NCBI RefSeq assembly: GCF_008831285.2
Contig: NC_045138.2
Location: 14,570,001 to 14,634,000 of the forward strand
Reading direction: 5' to 3'
Length of the DNA: 64,000 bases
Origin: Nymphaea colorata
Taxonomy: Eukaryota
Shown here in pieces: positions 1 to 17,126 of this stretch. How positions within the stretch are numbered: position 1 is the first letter of the stretch; every line of letters starts with the position of its first letter. The translations under genes were made by a program, and so were the position numbers. The notes beneath the pieces were generated by a model that was not told where the DNA came from, searched no databases, and saw only the letters and a program-made list of their open reading frames with translations.

Positions 1-488
1 GTGGTGTTCAGATAACAAGACTCGAGCACATCAATACGCTATCAAGGAACGTTGAGTATCTGGCTTCAAGGGATGCTACCATCATGGGCAGCCGAAATGG
101 TCATGCTCCAATCTTCCTGTGGTACACACTCAACCGCAAAGGCTACAAAGGGTTCCAAAAGGAGGTGCAGAAGTGCCTCAGGAACGCGCATTACCTTAAA
201 GACCGTTTGCACGCGGCTGGCATCGGCGCCATGCTTAATGAACTGAGCAGCACCGTGGTGTTTGAGCGCCCGCATGATGAAGAGTTCATTCGCAAGTGGC
301 AGCTAGCGTGCCAAGGGAATATAGCTCATGTTGTTGTCATGCCTAATATCGATATAGAGAAGCTTGATAACTTCACGAACGAGCTAATCGAGAAACGGGA
401 GATCTGGTTCCAGGATGGAAAGGCACAAGCTCCATGCATTGCAGAAGAGATTGGCGAGGAGAGCTGTATGTGTACTCGTCACAAGTGA
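1..488 (+). CDS. SDC: Serine decarboxylase copy 1, last exon only (5' part lies outside the window)
   Basis: Frame from nt 3 reads [41 protein letters not shown]...CTRHK*, matching the plant SDC C-terminus; near-identical to 7090-7575. Confidence 0.93.
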   Translation, partial: GVQITRLEHINTLSRNVEYLASRDATIMGSRNGHAPIFLWYTLNRKGYKGFQKEVQKCLRNAHYLKDRLHAAGIGAMLNELSSTVVFERPHDEEFIRKWQLACQGNIAHVVVMPNIDIEKLDNFTNELIEKREIWFQDGKAQAPCIAEEIGEESCMCTRHK

Positions 489-1940
489 TCTGGTTCTCCT
501 CTCGGCCAGATGGGAGAGTAGGTTGCAGCTTTTTTTTGTCTTCTGAAAGCAATGTCCGTATATCAGTATTGTTTTGATTTTCCTTCATGTTTCCAGTTGC
601 AAAATATGATTTAGCATTTGGTGCCTGATTTGTTCTCAACGCTTCTATGAAGCGATGCGTCTAAATAGTATCTTCTTAGTTTTTGGCCAGTCTTCTTCGT
701 CTTCATCATTGGCTGCAATCGATATGGTTGAGGACAATGTGTTTTAGTTTTAGAGCGTCTCTGCTGAATGATTATAGACGTTGCAATAGGCTAAGAGGTC
801 TTTAGGCTCTCTTTATCCTGGCAACCTACACTAGGGAACAGGAGAGCCATTCAATGTTCAATTTAGAGCTCGTTCTGGTTCATCTACACCAAACTTTGGT
901 AAGTCCCACGCAAACCATTAGTTTAGTGTTTGGCGACCATGCAGATACCTTTACGTACATCCTATGGTATTTTTTATTTTTTTTGATTTTTTTTCATCCC
1001 GAGCAAAAGTTGAAGGACCCTCGCGTTAGATTAAATAGTGTAATATTGCTGCCCATAGCACCTGCTGTGCCCGTCTAAACTCAATATAGAAATAAAGTGC
1101 AGCTAAAGTCGTCCATTGTCATACTATATCCATGTAAAACACTAATGACCATACATCTATTCAGATGGCATATCATCATATCAGCAGGGTAACAAGCCTA
1201 TCAGGGGCATATGTGTGGTCCTTGATGCATGTTGTATCAACTATCAAACGCCAGGCGACCTAGACCAGGATACTTTAAGGAAAAATGGACACCAGATAAA
1301 CAAAACATCTTAATTATTGAGCACGATATGAATCGCCATCAAATCAGATGCAACCCCTTCAAGTCAACGATGAATATAGCTTATCCAGTTGAACAAAAGT
1401 GTGAAGCTGCATTTACTCCGCAGCACAAGGAGACTCAGACATTACAACACCAGAGAGAGATAGACACAGTCTTCTTGCAACAATCATATTGAATATTCTT
1501 CAGTTTCCCACACTATTTTATGACTCAAAATACATTAAAATAAGAATCAACATATTGCTCCAACCAGTTCAACAAATAATCACATCGACAAGCCATACCA
1601 AAGTATTACCCTAAAATGACTCACTCGAAGTTGGCCAAATTCCAATGCCAAGGCAAGCTTCAACGTTGCAACTGAAGACATAGATATGCTTGGCTATGAG
1701 GTCTGAATTATCTGTCGTATGTAAGATGATGAACTCGTCTTAATCACAGAGGTCAGACACCACACACTAGAAAGCAGTCCCCTTGTTGGGCCTGGGAGCC
1801 TTAATGCATAACTTAGATATCACTGACAATACATGCTTACATAGTCTGCTTCACATATATATACAGTAAGAACGGTTAGCTCTCTCAAAAGGACCAATTT
1901 CTCCTCTTCAACAATATGAGCATGAACAAACTGAACGGCC

Positions 1941-4159
1941 CTATTTTAGATCATATCGGTTACCAGATGCATTGACGAAATCCATGGAGTTTTGCTGAGA
2001 ATGATCTACAAGAGGCTGTCCATTTGGAATTTGTGGAGACATTTGGGGTTGTTGAATCTGTGTGCCGCCAAAATGATGCAACTGCTGGTGGTTGGGAAGG
2101 AAGAACGATGTATTTGGCTGAGGCAGACTTCTGTTGAAAGCATTCCCATTGACAGATGGGACTTCTCCTGTTACTATGTTTAGTCGCTGCAGCTCTTCCC
2201 TTAATGCTTCATTCAAGGCTATTAAAAACAGCAGGATGTTAAAACAAAAGTACGCAATGAGCTGAACTAAAGAAAATTGCTTCAGGGTTGCTCAAAAGAA
2301 AAAGAATCAAAATCAAAAGTGTGTGATAGGCTGTCAGAAATAGGATGTATGAACTGAACACTCTGTATCCCGTTTTAAAGGTACACTGTTCAGGGTGGCC
2401 AATAGAGACCAACAGCTTCGCATTTAATCACCATCAATGACTTACCCAAGCAATCATCCACAACATCAAATTACTATTTTGAAGACAATACTTTATAAAT
2501 CTGATTTCTGAGTACACTTCAAACACAATAACATTCAGAATAATGAACGATTTCTTGCATCTATGGGAAGAAGAAAAAAGCATACACTTTTAGTCCATGG
2601 CCTGGATGAATTCATCATTCAGGCTTTTCAATATGCAACCACATCATAAATGAGATGTAGAGGACCATATTCCATATTGGCAATAAGCATCATTATTCTT
2701 TCTCAATTCAAGTGTGCCATTTGGTCCACTTTTGTCCTGTGAGCCAGAGTTAATCCTAGCACCTATAAATATCAAGAAACAAATAGTAGGGTAAATTTTG
2801 CAGTGCCCCTCTCTGTGTCCGAAAATTACAGTTTAAACTTCAAACACTGTGACCACCGTTTGTTCACTGCTCCATGTCAATAACCATCCAAAAACTAGGC
2901 AGTTTTCCACTTCATTACAATACGTCAATCGAAATGAAATAACTTAACATGCCCCATTTGGCTGGAGTACATTCAGCTCTTTGATCAGTTTTTATCCAAA
3001 GCCAAATAAATGGACATGGCCCATTTGACAGGAGGGGCATACATGACATACTAGGTCACTGACTTAAGGAGACAACCTGCCACGTCACTGATTCAAGTTC
3101 AGTCTCTCAAACAATATCATCGAATCAAATAATTTGAGATGCACTTTCCTTCTAGGTCACTGATTTAAGAACCCGAAAAAAAAGGGAAAAACAAGATACC
3201 TCCATAAGATTGTTGAGATTTATCTCTTTGGAGACATCCAGTGAAATAGAAGTAACTTCCCAAATCTGACATACTTCATGTAGATATACAATCTAGCTGA
3301 ATTATAGCAGTGCAACGGTTGTAGATAAATATAGATAGTTTTTATCACATGCTTCTATAGCAGAGAGGATGTCTTAAATAACCCTACGAGTTCAGCTGGA
3401 AGAACATCTCCGAAATGTCATTGCATTCAGCATCTGTACTTTTCTCATAAATAAATTGCACAGCGAATAACAGTAATATAGAAAACCCAATGAATGTTAA
3501 AAGGTTGACAGGAGAAGATAATGCTGACCCTTTGAGAATGATGTAAAACATTATCTAGTGACTACCCCTGGAACTATAAGAACAATTTCATAGTATACTC
3601 TGCTGCAATTGAGTGACTAACAACGAAAAACAAACAACATACAACAGAACCTAGTGTATGCCAGCATCATACTCACAAAGTAATGAATACCCCAAGGCAT
3701 TGGATCCTCAGAGAATGAGGAGAAATACAAAGTCCCTTCATCCACAAAAAGACACCATGCAATCACCTGTTCAAGTAATTCATGGAGGAATGTCCTTTTC
3801 CACCCATTAGAAAAAACCAAAACTGCCCTGGCTTACTTTAGAAACACTAATTGCAAGCGTCACCAAATGTTGCATAGAACTGCAATTTTACATTTTGCAT
3901 GGAAATTGCAAGACTTAAATCATTTTCTGAAGCAGTGAGAGGAAAAATCCCTTCTCCTCCTACTATGCTTGCTTTATCTCTTCTCCAATGCCAAAAATTA
4001 GCTTAACCTTTAAAAACCAGACAACAGAATCATAAATAAACTGCAGTTGCAAAAGCATCATAATGCAAATTTACCATCACGAAGATGTGTTTGTTGCTCC
4101 ATAGCCTGCAGCCTTAACTTGAGTTCCTTGTTTTCTGCAGTCAGGCCAGTAGTGTCCCT
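1941..4159 (-). pseudogene. 5'-truncated duplicate of the group I bZIP gene (exons 3-4 only: 4159-4075, 2218-1941)
   Basis: Reads RDTTGLTAENKELKLRLQAMEQQTHLRD|ALNEALREELQRL...YDLK*. Intron 3 splice sites are intact but exons 1-2 (basic region) are absent; 8 amino-acid differences from the intact copy. Confidence 0.85.
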
Positions 4160-4812
4160 CTGACTTCATTTCCTTTCCCTATCATTCCCTTTGAGTTCGG
4201 GGTTTCTCTGAACTAAAATGACCTAACTGGTTCAATATCCCATTACCAGGTCTAGTCTCCAACCTTCTTTTTTTTTTTAAAAAAAAAAATTCAGTTGTGT
4301 TGGATAGGTAGTGTACCAGCATGTACGGGTGAATGTGGCAAGCAGTTTCTGAAGGAAGGAATGCCCGATTTGGGGTTCACTTTTTTGCCAGAAGAAAGAA
4401 AGCCATCAAACTCAAGTTTTCATCATATGATTGAGAAAGCCATCAAACTCATGATAAAATATTTTTAGGAGGACATTCCAAAACGTTTGTATTTCCAGTG
4501 TGTTTGGGTGACATCAAAAGTAGGTTTGAGGAAAGCTCAGTTTCGACAAAATTTCGCGAGAGCAAAACTTAACCCCTTATTAAAAAAACATGGTTTTTGG
4601 TATTGGGCATGTTGTACACACATAAACCAGGATCGAACCGACCATATACCCTGTCAATATCGAACGCATTAGTGGTTCAGCAGTAAGGGTAGGAGAAGCC
4701 ACCCCAACCCTCAAGAATTCTGAAAGGGGTTATGCCACCCATGACAGGGGGGCGGGGAAGACTTCTGCAACGGGTTATGCCAACCATGACTTATGAGGGA
4801 AGTGGCATCCGT

Positions 4813-4818
4813 TATAAA
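4813..4818 (+). promoter_or_regulatory. Putative TATA box of SDC copy 2
   Basis: TATAAA ~170 nt before ATG 4988, followed by a pyrimidine-rich leader. Confidence 0.45.
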
Positions 4819-4987
4819 CTTAGTCGGGAACCCGACCGATCCTTCCCTCTTTCTCCGTTTCTTCGAGGAAAGCACCGGAATTTTTGCACCGGTAGGCTTT
4901 TCCGACACGCTTCCCGGGATTCTCAGGTCCCGGAAATCGTAGCTTTCTGGTGTAACCGGGTCTTGTTTGGGTTCGGATTGAGCAGCT

Positions 4988-7575
4988 ATGGTTGGGAGCC
5001 TCGAAGTTTCCCCAGTTGAAGCGAACAATGGTGCGAAGGCTACCGCCGATGACGTCGAGCCGTTGCCGGTGGAGTTTTACCCGTTGGAGACCTCAGACCC
5101 AGCCGATTTATTAAGGACGACAAACGGTGTGGGAAGCGTGGGTGGGAAGGCGGAAGGGCAGCGTGCCGGAGATGGTCGGAAGCGGGAGATCGTCTTGGGG
5201 AGGGACGTCCATAAGATGAGTCTGGAAGTGACGGAGCCCAAAGCAGACGATGAGGTCACGGGAGATCGGGAGGCCTATATGGCGGGGGTCTTGGCTAGAT
5301 ATAGAAAATCTCTCATTGAGAGGACGAGGAATCATCTCGGTATATTTCCCTGTTTTCTTTCCATCTCTTCATGTTGGAACATTTTTTTTTCCCCCCTTCC
5401 GCTGTTTTTCCAACTCTCTTCATTTTTGTGGCCGTGATCGTTGCATAAAAAAATTGGCACACAGATACACACGGCTTACCGCGGTCGTGATTGCTATAGT
5501 AACATGAACAGGAATGACAATCTTGTGCACGAAGACTCCTAGTTTATGTGCAAATTTGGTTGTGACTCTGGGCACTGCATTTCTGTAATTCCAATTTTTG
5601 AATGGTGGCTACGTTTGATCCTTTTCTGTGATTTCCTTTTATGAAATTTGGGCAGCCTTTTTTTGTGTATTTCTCTGAGTTTATTCTTGTTTGTAATACA
5701 TGAAGCTAGCCATGATATATGGGTGGTACTGTATAGCTTAAGGTGGAATTTTTTTTTGTTTCTACGGCCACCATAGATGAGCAAATCCTGCCCCACGTAA
5801 AAACTGCGTGCGTACTGAATTGCATAAGTCAATTTTTTTGTTGTTCTTAATTGCATCGTATTCCCAATGATGCTCAAGTGCCTCGCCATTCTATAAAGTC
5901 GTCAATGATGTTAGTATCCAAATATTATAAACACATAATTATTTCTTATATTAATATAATAAAGTGCTGCGGCCATTCTCAACAGGCCTGGCACTTGATT
6001 TTTTTCCTGTAAATGTGGGACCAGTGTGCGCTACACGATTTGATGTAGTTCTCAATTTTCCTCATTACGTCTATTCGCCCATTTGAGTATTAACCTCATT
6101 TTTTAAGCTATGCCTTTCTTCCTCGCTGCAGGCTATCCATTTAATCTCGATTTCGATTATGGGGCGCTGGGACAGCTGCAGCATTTCTCTATTAACAATC
6201 TTGGAGATCCTTTCATAGAGAGCAACTATGGTGTCCATTCAAGACAATTTGAAGTTGGAGTTTTGGACTGGTTTGCTCGTCTTTGGGAACTGGAAAAGAA
6301 TGAGTACTGGGGATACATCACGAATTGTGGTACTGAAGGAAACCTTCATGGCATTCTTGTTGGGTGAGAAGAACTGACTCGGAAGTTTCTTATTGTTATC
6401 TCCGGCGTTTCTTCATTAGAAAGACAAGCAAGCATATCTTGATAGTCTCAACAGTTAACGCTTCTGACCTCCACTTGGTTCTGCAGGCGGGAAGTGCTCC
6501 CTGATGGAATTTTGTATGCCTCGAGAGAGTCCCATTACTCCGTCTTCAAGGCAGCAAGAATGTACAGAATGGGTTGCATAAAAGTCGACACTCGAGCCTC
6601 TGGCGAGATTGACTGTGCAGACTTCCGAACGAAGCTCCTCCAGAACAAGGACAAGCCAGCCATCATCAACGTAAACATTGGTAAGGACAAAACCATCCCT
6701 GTTCATCTTGCATTATGTGACTCGGGTTCTTTCTCACACAATGTTCGTTTAACGCAATGCAGGAACCACGGTTAAGGGAGCTGTTGATGATCTTGATCTG
6801 GTCATAGAAACACTCGAAGAAACTGGTTTTGGTCGCGATCGATTCTACATCCATTGCGATGGTGCATTGTTTGGACTCATGATGCCGTTCGTGAAGCGAG
6901 TATGTAGAGCTAACAGATTTTCTCTTGCCGTTTCAATGATACGACGGAAGCTTTAACATATTCCTTTGTGCTGCTGTTAGTTCATGTGGTTTCTTCCCTT
7001 CTTAACAGGCACCGAAGGTTTCCTTCAAGAAGCCAATTGGAAGTGTGAGCGTTTCTGGGCACAAGTTTGTTGGCTGCCCAATGCCTTGTGGCGTTCAGAT
7101 AACAAGACTCGAGCACATCAATACGCTGTCAAGGAACGTTGAGTATCTGGCTTCAAGGGATGCTACCATCATGGGCAGCCGAGATGGACATGCTCCAATA
7201 TTCCTGTGGTACACAGTCAACCGCAAAGGCTACAGAGGGTTCCAAAAGGAGGTGCAGAAGTGCCTCAGGAACGCGCATTACCTTAAAGACAGTTTGCACG
7301 CGGCTGGCATCGGCGCCATGCTTAATGAACTGAGCAGCACCGTGGTGTTTGAGCGCCCGCATGATGAAGAGTTCATTCGCAAATGGCAGCTAGCGTGCCA
7401 AGGGAATATAGCCCATGTTGTTGTCATGCCTAATATCGATATAGAGAAGCTTGATAACTTCACGAACGAGCTCATCGAGAAACGGGAGATCTGGTTCCAG
7501 GATGGAAAGGCTCAAGCTCCATGCATTGCAGAAGAGATTGGTGGGGAGAGCTGTATGTGTGCTCGTCACAAGTGA
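4988..7575 (+). CDS. SDC: Serine decarboxylase-family PLP enzyme, copy 2 (493 aa, YPF motif variant); exons 4988-5339, 6132-6363, 6487-6680, 6763-6899, 7009-7575
   Basis: All introns GT-AG and exons sum to 1482 nt in frame; motifs NNLGDPF, CGTEGN, SHYS, IHCDGA, SGHK (PLP lysine K324), NVEYLASRD. Confidence 0.96.
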
Positions 7576-8935
7576 TCTGGCTCTCCTCTCGGCCAGATGG
7601 GAGAGTAGGTTGCAGTTTTTTTTTGTCTTCTGCAAGCAATGTCCGTATATCAGTATTGTTTTTATTTTCCTTCATGTTTCAAGTTTCAAAATATGATTTA
7701 GCATTTGGTGCCTGATTTGTTCTCAACACTTCTATAAAGCGGTGCATCTAAATGGTAGCTTCTTAGTTTTTAGGCGGTCTTCTTCGTCTTCATCATTGGA
7801 TGCAATCGATATGGTTGGGGACAATGTGTTTTACTTTTAGAGCGTCTCTGCTGAATGATTAGACGTTGCAATAGGTTAAGAGGTCTTAGGCTCTATTTAT
7901 CCTAGCAACCTACACTAGGGAACAGGAGACCATTCAATGTTCAACTTAGAGCTCGTTCTGGCTCATCTACACTTAGCTTTGATAAGTCTCATGCAAACCA
8001 GTATTTGGCCCAGTTCAGAGCTCATACAGGCGTCGCTTGGCATATCTTTACTAAGCTCAATATAGAAATAAAGTCCTGCTAAGGTCGTCCATTGTCATAC
8101 TATATCCATGTAAAACACCAATGACCACACATCTATTTAGATGACATCATCATATCAGCAGTCTAACAGGCCTATCAGGGGCATATATGTGGTCCTTGAT
8201 GCATATTGTATCAAACGCCAGGCGATCTAGACCTGTATATTTTAAGGAAAATTGGACACCTGATAACCAAAATATCTTAATTATTGAGCACAATATGAAT
8301 CGCCATCAAATCAGACGCAACCCCTTCAAGCCAACGATGAATAAAGCTTATCCAGTTGAACAAAAGTGTGAAGCTGCATTTACTCCCCAGCACAAGGAGA
8401 CAGACATTACAACACCAGAGAGAGATAGACACAGTTTTTTTGCAACAATCAATGAGCAACAATCATATTGAATATTCTTCAGTTCCCTACACTATTTTAT
8501 GACTCAAAATACATTAAAATAAGAATGAAGATACTGCTCCAACCAGTTCAACAAATAATCACATCAACTAATCTAAACATCGACAAGCCATACCAAAGTA
8601 TTACCCTAAAATGGCTCACTCGAAGTTGACCAAATTCCAATGCCAAGGCAAGCTTCAACGTTGCAACTGAAGACATAGATATGCTTGGCTATGAGGTCTG
8701 AATTATCTGTCGTATGTAAGATGATGAACTCGTCTTAATCACAGGAGTCAGACACCACACACTAGAAAGCAGTCCCCTTGTTGGGCCTGGGAGCCTTAAT
8801 GCATAACTTAGATATCACTGACAATACATGCTTACATAGTCTGCTTCACATATATATACAGTAAGAACGGTTAGCTCTCTCAAAAGGGCCAATTTCTCCT
8901 CTTCAACAATATGAGCATGAACAAACTGAACGGCC

Positions 8936-14293
<5,358 letters not shown>

Positions 14294-14474
14294 GACGTCG
14301 GAAGGAAACCGCTAGCCGAAACGCGCCAAAGAAATGGTTCCCCAGAAAGAACCTTCCTCCTCTTCGATTATTCTCCTCTGACCTCTCAGAGATGATGGAG
14401 AGGACGAAAGAGAGAGATGGAAGCGAGAACGTTGGTTTTTCATTTTTACCTGTTTTTTCATCGTAAACGCGTAG

Positions 14475-14580
14475 GTGGGGCCCGCCGGCAGGTGTGTGGG
14501 CCCCGCGGAAAGGCATGTGTGTTGACTGAGAGAGTGGCCTCTTGTCAAAGATTGGACCGCCGATCGCCGCTGTGGGGCCC
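14475..14580. promoter_or_regulatory. Three TCP-type GTGGG(G)CCC sites upstream of the bZIP gene
   Basis: GTGGGGCCC 14475-14483, GTGGGCCCC 14496-14504, GTGGGGCCC 14572-14580. Confidence 0.45.
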
Positions 14581-15709
14581 GCGTCGGTGTAAGAAGACGA
14601 AGAGAATTGTCACGCTTTTTATGTTCCGCTTTGTGCTTTGACAAAGTGAGCTCGAGACACACAACTTTCGCTCGAGGTGCCTCCTCTTTTACCGTAAGTT
14701 CGCAAACAGCCTTACATCGTCTTGTTTTTTTTTTTCTCGTGTTGTCTACTTCATTTTTCTAATCATAAACTTATATAATATTCGTTATATTTTATTTAAG
14801 TTAAAGCAACAAAGCAAATGATAAAAGCTTAGTGCGAAGAGCCAAAGTGAGGTCCAACTTATGAATATTAAAAAGAATGTGCTTTTTTCCTTAAATTACG
14901 ACGAAAAAAGGTAGCTCTAGTTAAATATTGTTTTTAGAGTCGGAGGGAGGTGACTTTGGTGGAGGGAGAACCCTTTTTCTGTTTTTGGGGAATAAGGTAA
15001 AAAGGGCCTTTGTTTGACCTATTCAATGATTTGGGAGGGCGACTGTCCAACCACCCGCCGTCCCAGCCCCTCCATATCCGGATGCATATAATGTCCATAT
15101 ATATATATATATATATATAAAAAAGATGGATCCCTCCAACAAGGAAACATCTCATCTCATCAAGGCCGCTTGGAGTCTTTCTTTTAATTACATACATGCC
15201 CTGATGCATGCATTGGGTTATATGTCATAAGAAAAAGAAAGAAGAGACAATAACTAGTTCACTTAGTCTTCATAATGACATTCTTGATACCAAGCTCAAT
15301 ACCATTAAGATAGCATCCCATAAGATTTGAACCGAGAACCTGATGATCGCACACCACCTAATTCAACCAGGAAACAGAGAGAGAGAGAGAGAGTTTAGAT
15401 TTCTTCTTTAGATTTTAGTCGAAAGTTGAATGGGAAGGCGCACGTAGGAAAAAAAGAGAAAGAAAGACACCATCACATGCACAGCATGGGATGGCTGCGT
15501 GCATAGTGATGCCCATTTTAGGTGTCAATCCTCTCTAGTTTTTTATTTGATCTTATAAGATATCATATGATTAAAATTTAAAAATTTATTCTTGAAAAGC
15601 CATCATTATATTCAGTAGCAATAGTTTGTGGCGATTTTAGACTTTTAGTTTTTTAGTGCTTTTAAAATTTTAACCATTCCACAACTATCCAGCTTCTAGT
15701 ACCATTTTA

Positions 15710-15768
<59 letters not shown>
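15710..15768. repeat. Compound (CA)n(TA)n(GA)n microsatellite
   Basis: Seen directly. Confidence 0.95.
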
Positions 15769-16123
15769 ATAATGCCGAATCCTATATACCAAATTTGTCT
15801 AAACGTCATTTATGAAAACTTAATTTTCCTGGTTCGTGCAAGACTGAATTTGTAATCTAAGTTAGTTACGATGGTGTTTGAACACATCATAAGAATCCTA
15901 CCGATTTGGAAAATATTGTTGATAGAATAATATGATGTCAACATGTACATTTTATTACTATTATCACTAAATAACTTGCTTGGAAAAAAAGCAAAGTTTT
16001 TTATTTTCCCCATGAGAGATGGCTGAATACCATTAACGATTAGTGTCATTATTAAAAAAAAAAACAATTTTCTTGCTTTCTGATTGCATCTCTATTCTCC
16101 AAAAAAAGATGTCGACCAACTAG

Positions 16124-16167
<44 letters not shown>

Positions 16168-16769
16168 TCTTACAAAACACATCTTGCAGAGTTTTCCAGG
16201 TGTTTAGTAAAATCTATTGAAACATTGCTTCATCCAATCTTCCAAGTCCCTATCCACTGTCCATTTTTTGTTAGGATGGAGAAGAGTCAATTGAACTAAA
16301 CAAGGTATTGACCATGATCATAATTTGATATTAAAATCACATGTGACGTATAACTTTTTTGAGTTTATACGATTCAAATGAATTGACTTCACAGTTCACA
16401 TATAGAAGTACATTTCAAAGACAATACAATGTTGGAATTGAATACACACACACACCAATGAGTGATTTGTTTAATATGGAGACAATTTGTTTGTGCATCA
16501 CTGGATTGACCAAGAGAGTAGCCTCATATTCAACTCCAATATATTTATCCAATTTTAAAACAAGCTTTACATGTGCTCAACACATTCAAACATTGAACTT
16601 CTTCTTGATTTGATTTTCATTTATAAGTCAATCAAACCTATTGCTTATTATCTTGTGGCTTCTATAAAAAAAAATTTATTTTGCTCAAAATAGAAATTTC
16701 CACATACAATAGTAAAAGAAGCAGTTATGAATGATCTAGTAATGGAATATCCAACCCACTACATACGAC

Positions 16770-17126
16770 TGTCATGGGCTGACTTTTCCAAGCCGTATTT
16801 GGCTCGCGCAGTGTCGAAGGTTTTCCAAGCCTTCGACCAACCTTAACTCAATCTTAACATAGCAGACGTATTCACCAATCTTCTGGGACTATGGACTAGA
16901 TGGGGAGTGCATATTATCACCCAAGATTATATGACAGTAGATCATTTGCAAGTCGTGGCCATGAAGTCTTGTTAGAACACCGCCATTCCTTGAAGTGCTT
17001 ACATACTTTCATACAAAATCTGAGTGAGTGTATAATTTACTTGAGAGGATTCAGACAAAATCTGAGTGGGGGTATAATTCTTTTGGAAGGAAGTCCCCAA
17101 CTAAAGCCGATTTCCGACTAGATGTC
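16770..17126. mobile_element. Possible degenerate solo-LTR remnant
   Basis: Starts TGTCATGGGC...TTTTCCAAGCC (repeated), with an internal duplication and a candidate TGTCA end; no TSD found. Confidence 0.25.

Larger units (their letters stand above)
1..4162 (+). repeat. Tandem segmental duplication, copy A (partial), matching ~7088-11250
   Basis: Colinear high identity across SDC last exon, intergenic DNA, bZIP exon 4, intron 3 and exon 3; similarity stops after GTGTCCCTCTG (4162 vs 11250). Confidence 0.95.

Noticed and set aside
4267..4290. Poly-T/poly-A palindrome near the duplication junction
   Set aside because: Low-complexity; a similar tract occurs at ~18950.
4732..5019. 95-aa ORF overlapping the SDC start as a regulatory uORF
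   Set aside because: Its ATGs lie upstream of the putative TATA box (4813), so probably outside the transcript.
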